Source of the DNA: Leucoraja erinacea
Taxonomy: Eukaryota
Length of the DNA stretch: 64,000 nt
NCBI RefSeq assembly: GCF_028641065.1
Contig: NC_073383.1
Span: forward strand, 2,108,001-2,172,000
Direction of reading: 5' to 3'
Within the stretch, counting starts at the first letter, position 1. Each line of letters begins with the position of its first letter. The notes beneath the pieces are model-generated. The model searched no databases. It was not told the DNA's origin and saw nothing but the letters and a program-made list of their open reading frames with translations. A program made the translations under genes and the position numbers. This document shows positions 63,891 through 64,000 of the stretch, piece by piece.

Positions 63891-64000
63891 ATTCTCCATG
63901 AAGCTCACCAGGTCTACGTCCTCAGCCAATTTTCACTGTGCCAGTTAGGTTGACAATGAGGTCAAGGAATAGCATGTCATCAAAGACACTACAGCCTTCT

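Overview
Eukaryotic, repeat-rich vertebrate DNA with three N gaps (3728-3956, 7159-7289, 33349-33494). The protein and repeat content suggest a cartilaginous fish such as a skate, ray or shark (inference). The only host genes form a gamma-crystallin cluster. It has four intact 3-exon genes (9+243+276 nt, 175 aa): three on the minus strand (9048-10033, 22445-24556, 33575-35611) and one on the plus strand (43223-49265). Two copies of a decayed gamma-crystallin pseudogene are also present. Genes 2 and 3 and the two pseudogenes come from a recent head-to-tail duplication (17612-29857 / 29858-40935). The rest is transposable elements: CR1, Rex1/Babar, RTE and L1-type LINE fragments, tRNA-derived SINEs, Penelope-like fragments with minimal hammerhead motifs, a degenerate DIRS element with ITR/ICR structure, non-autonomous Helitrons and several MITEs. 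The most notable observations are a 38-bp TIR-TIR remnant with an 8-bp TSD that resembles a P-element excision footprint, exon-restricted gene conversion among the crystallins, GC-AG first introns, and head-to-tail Helitron arrays. Most short ORFs in the supplied track are antisense or repeat noise.
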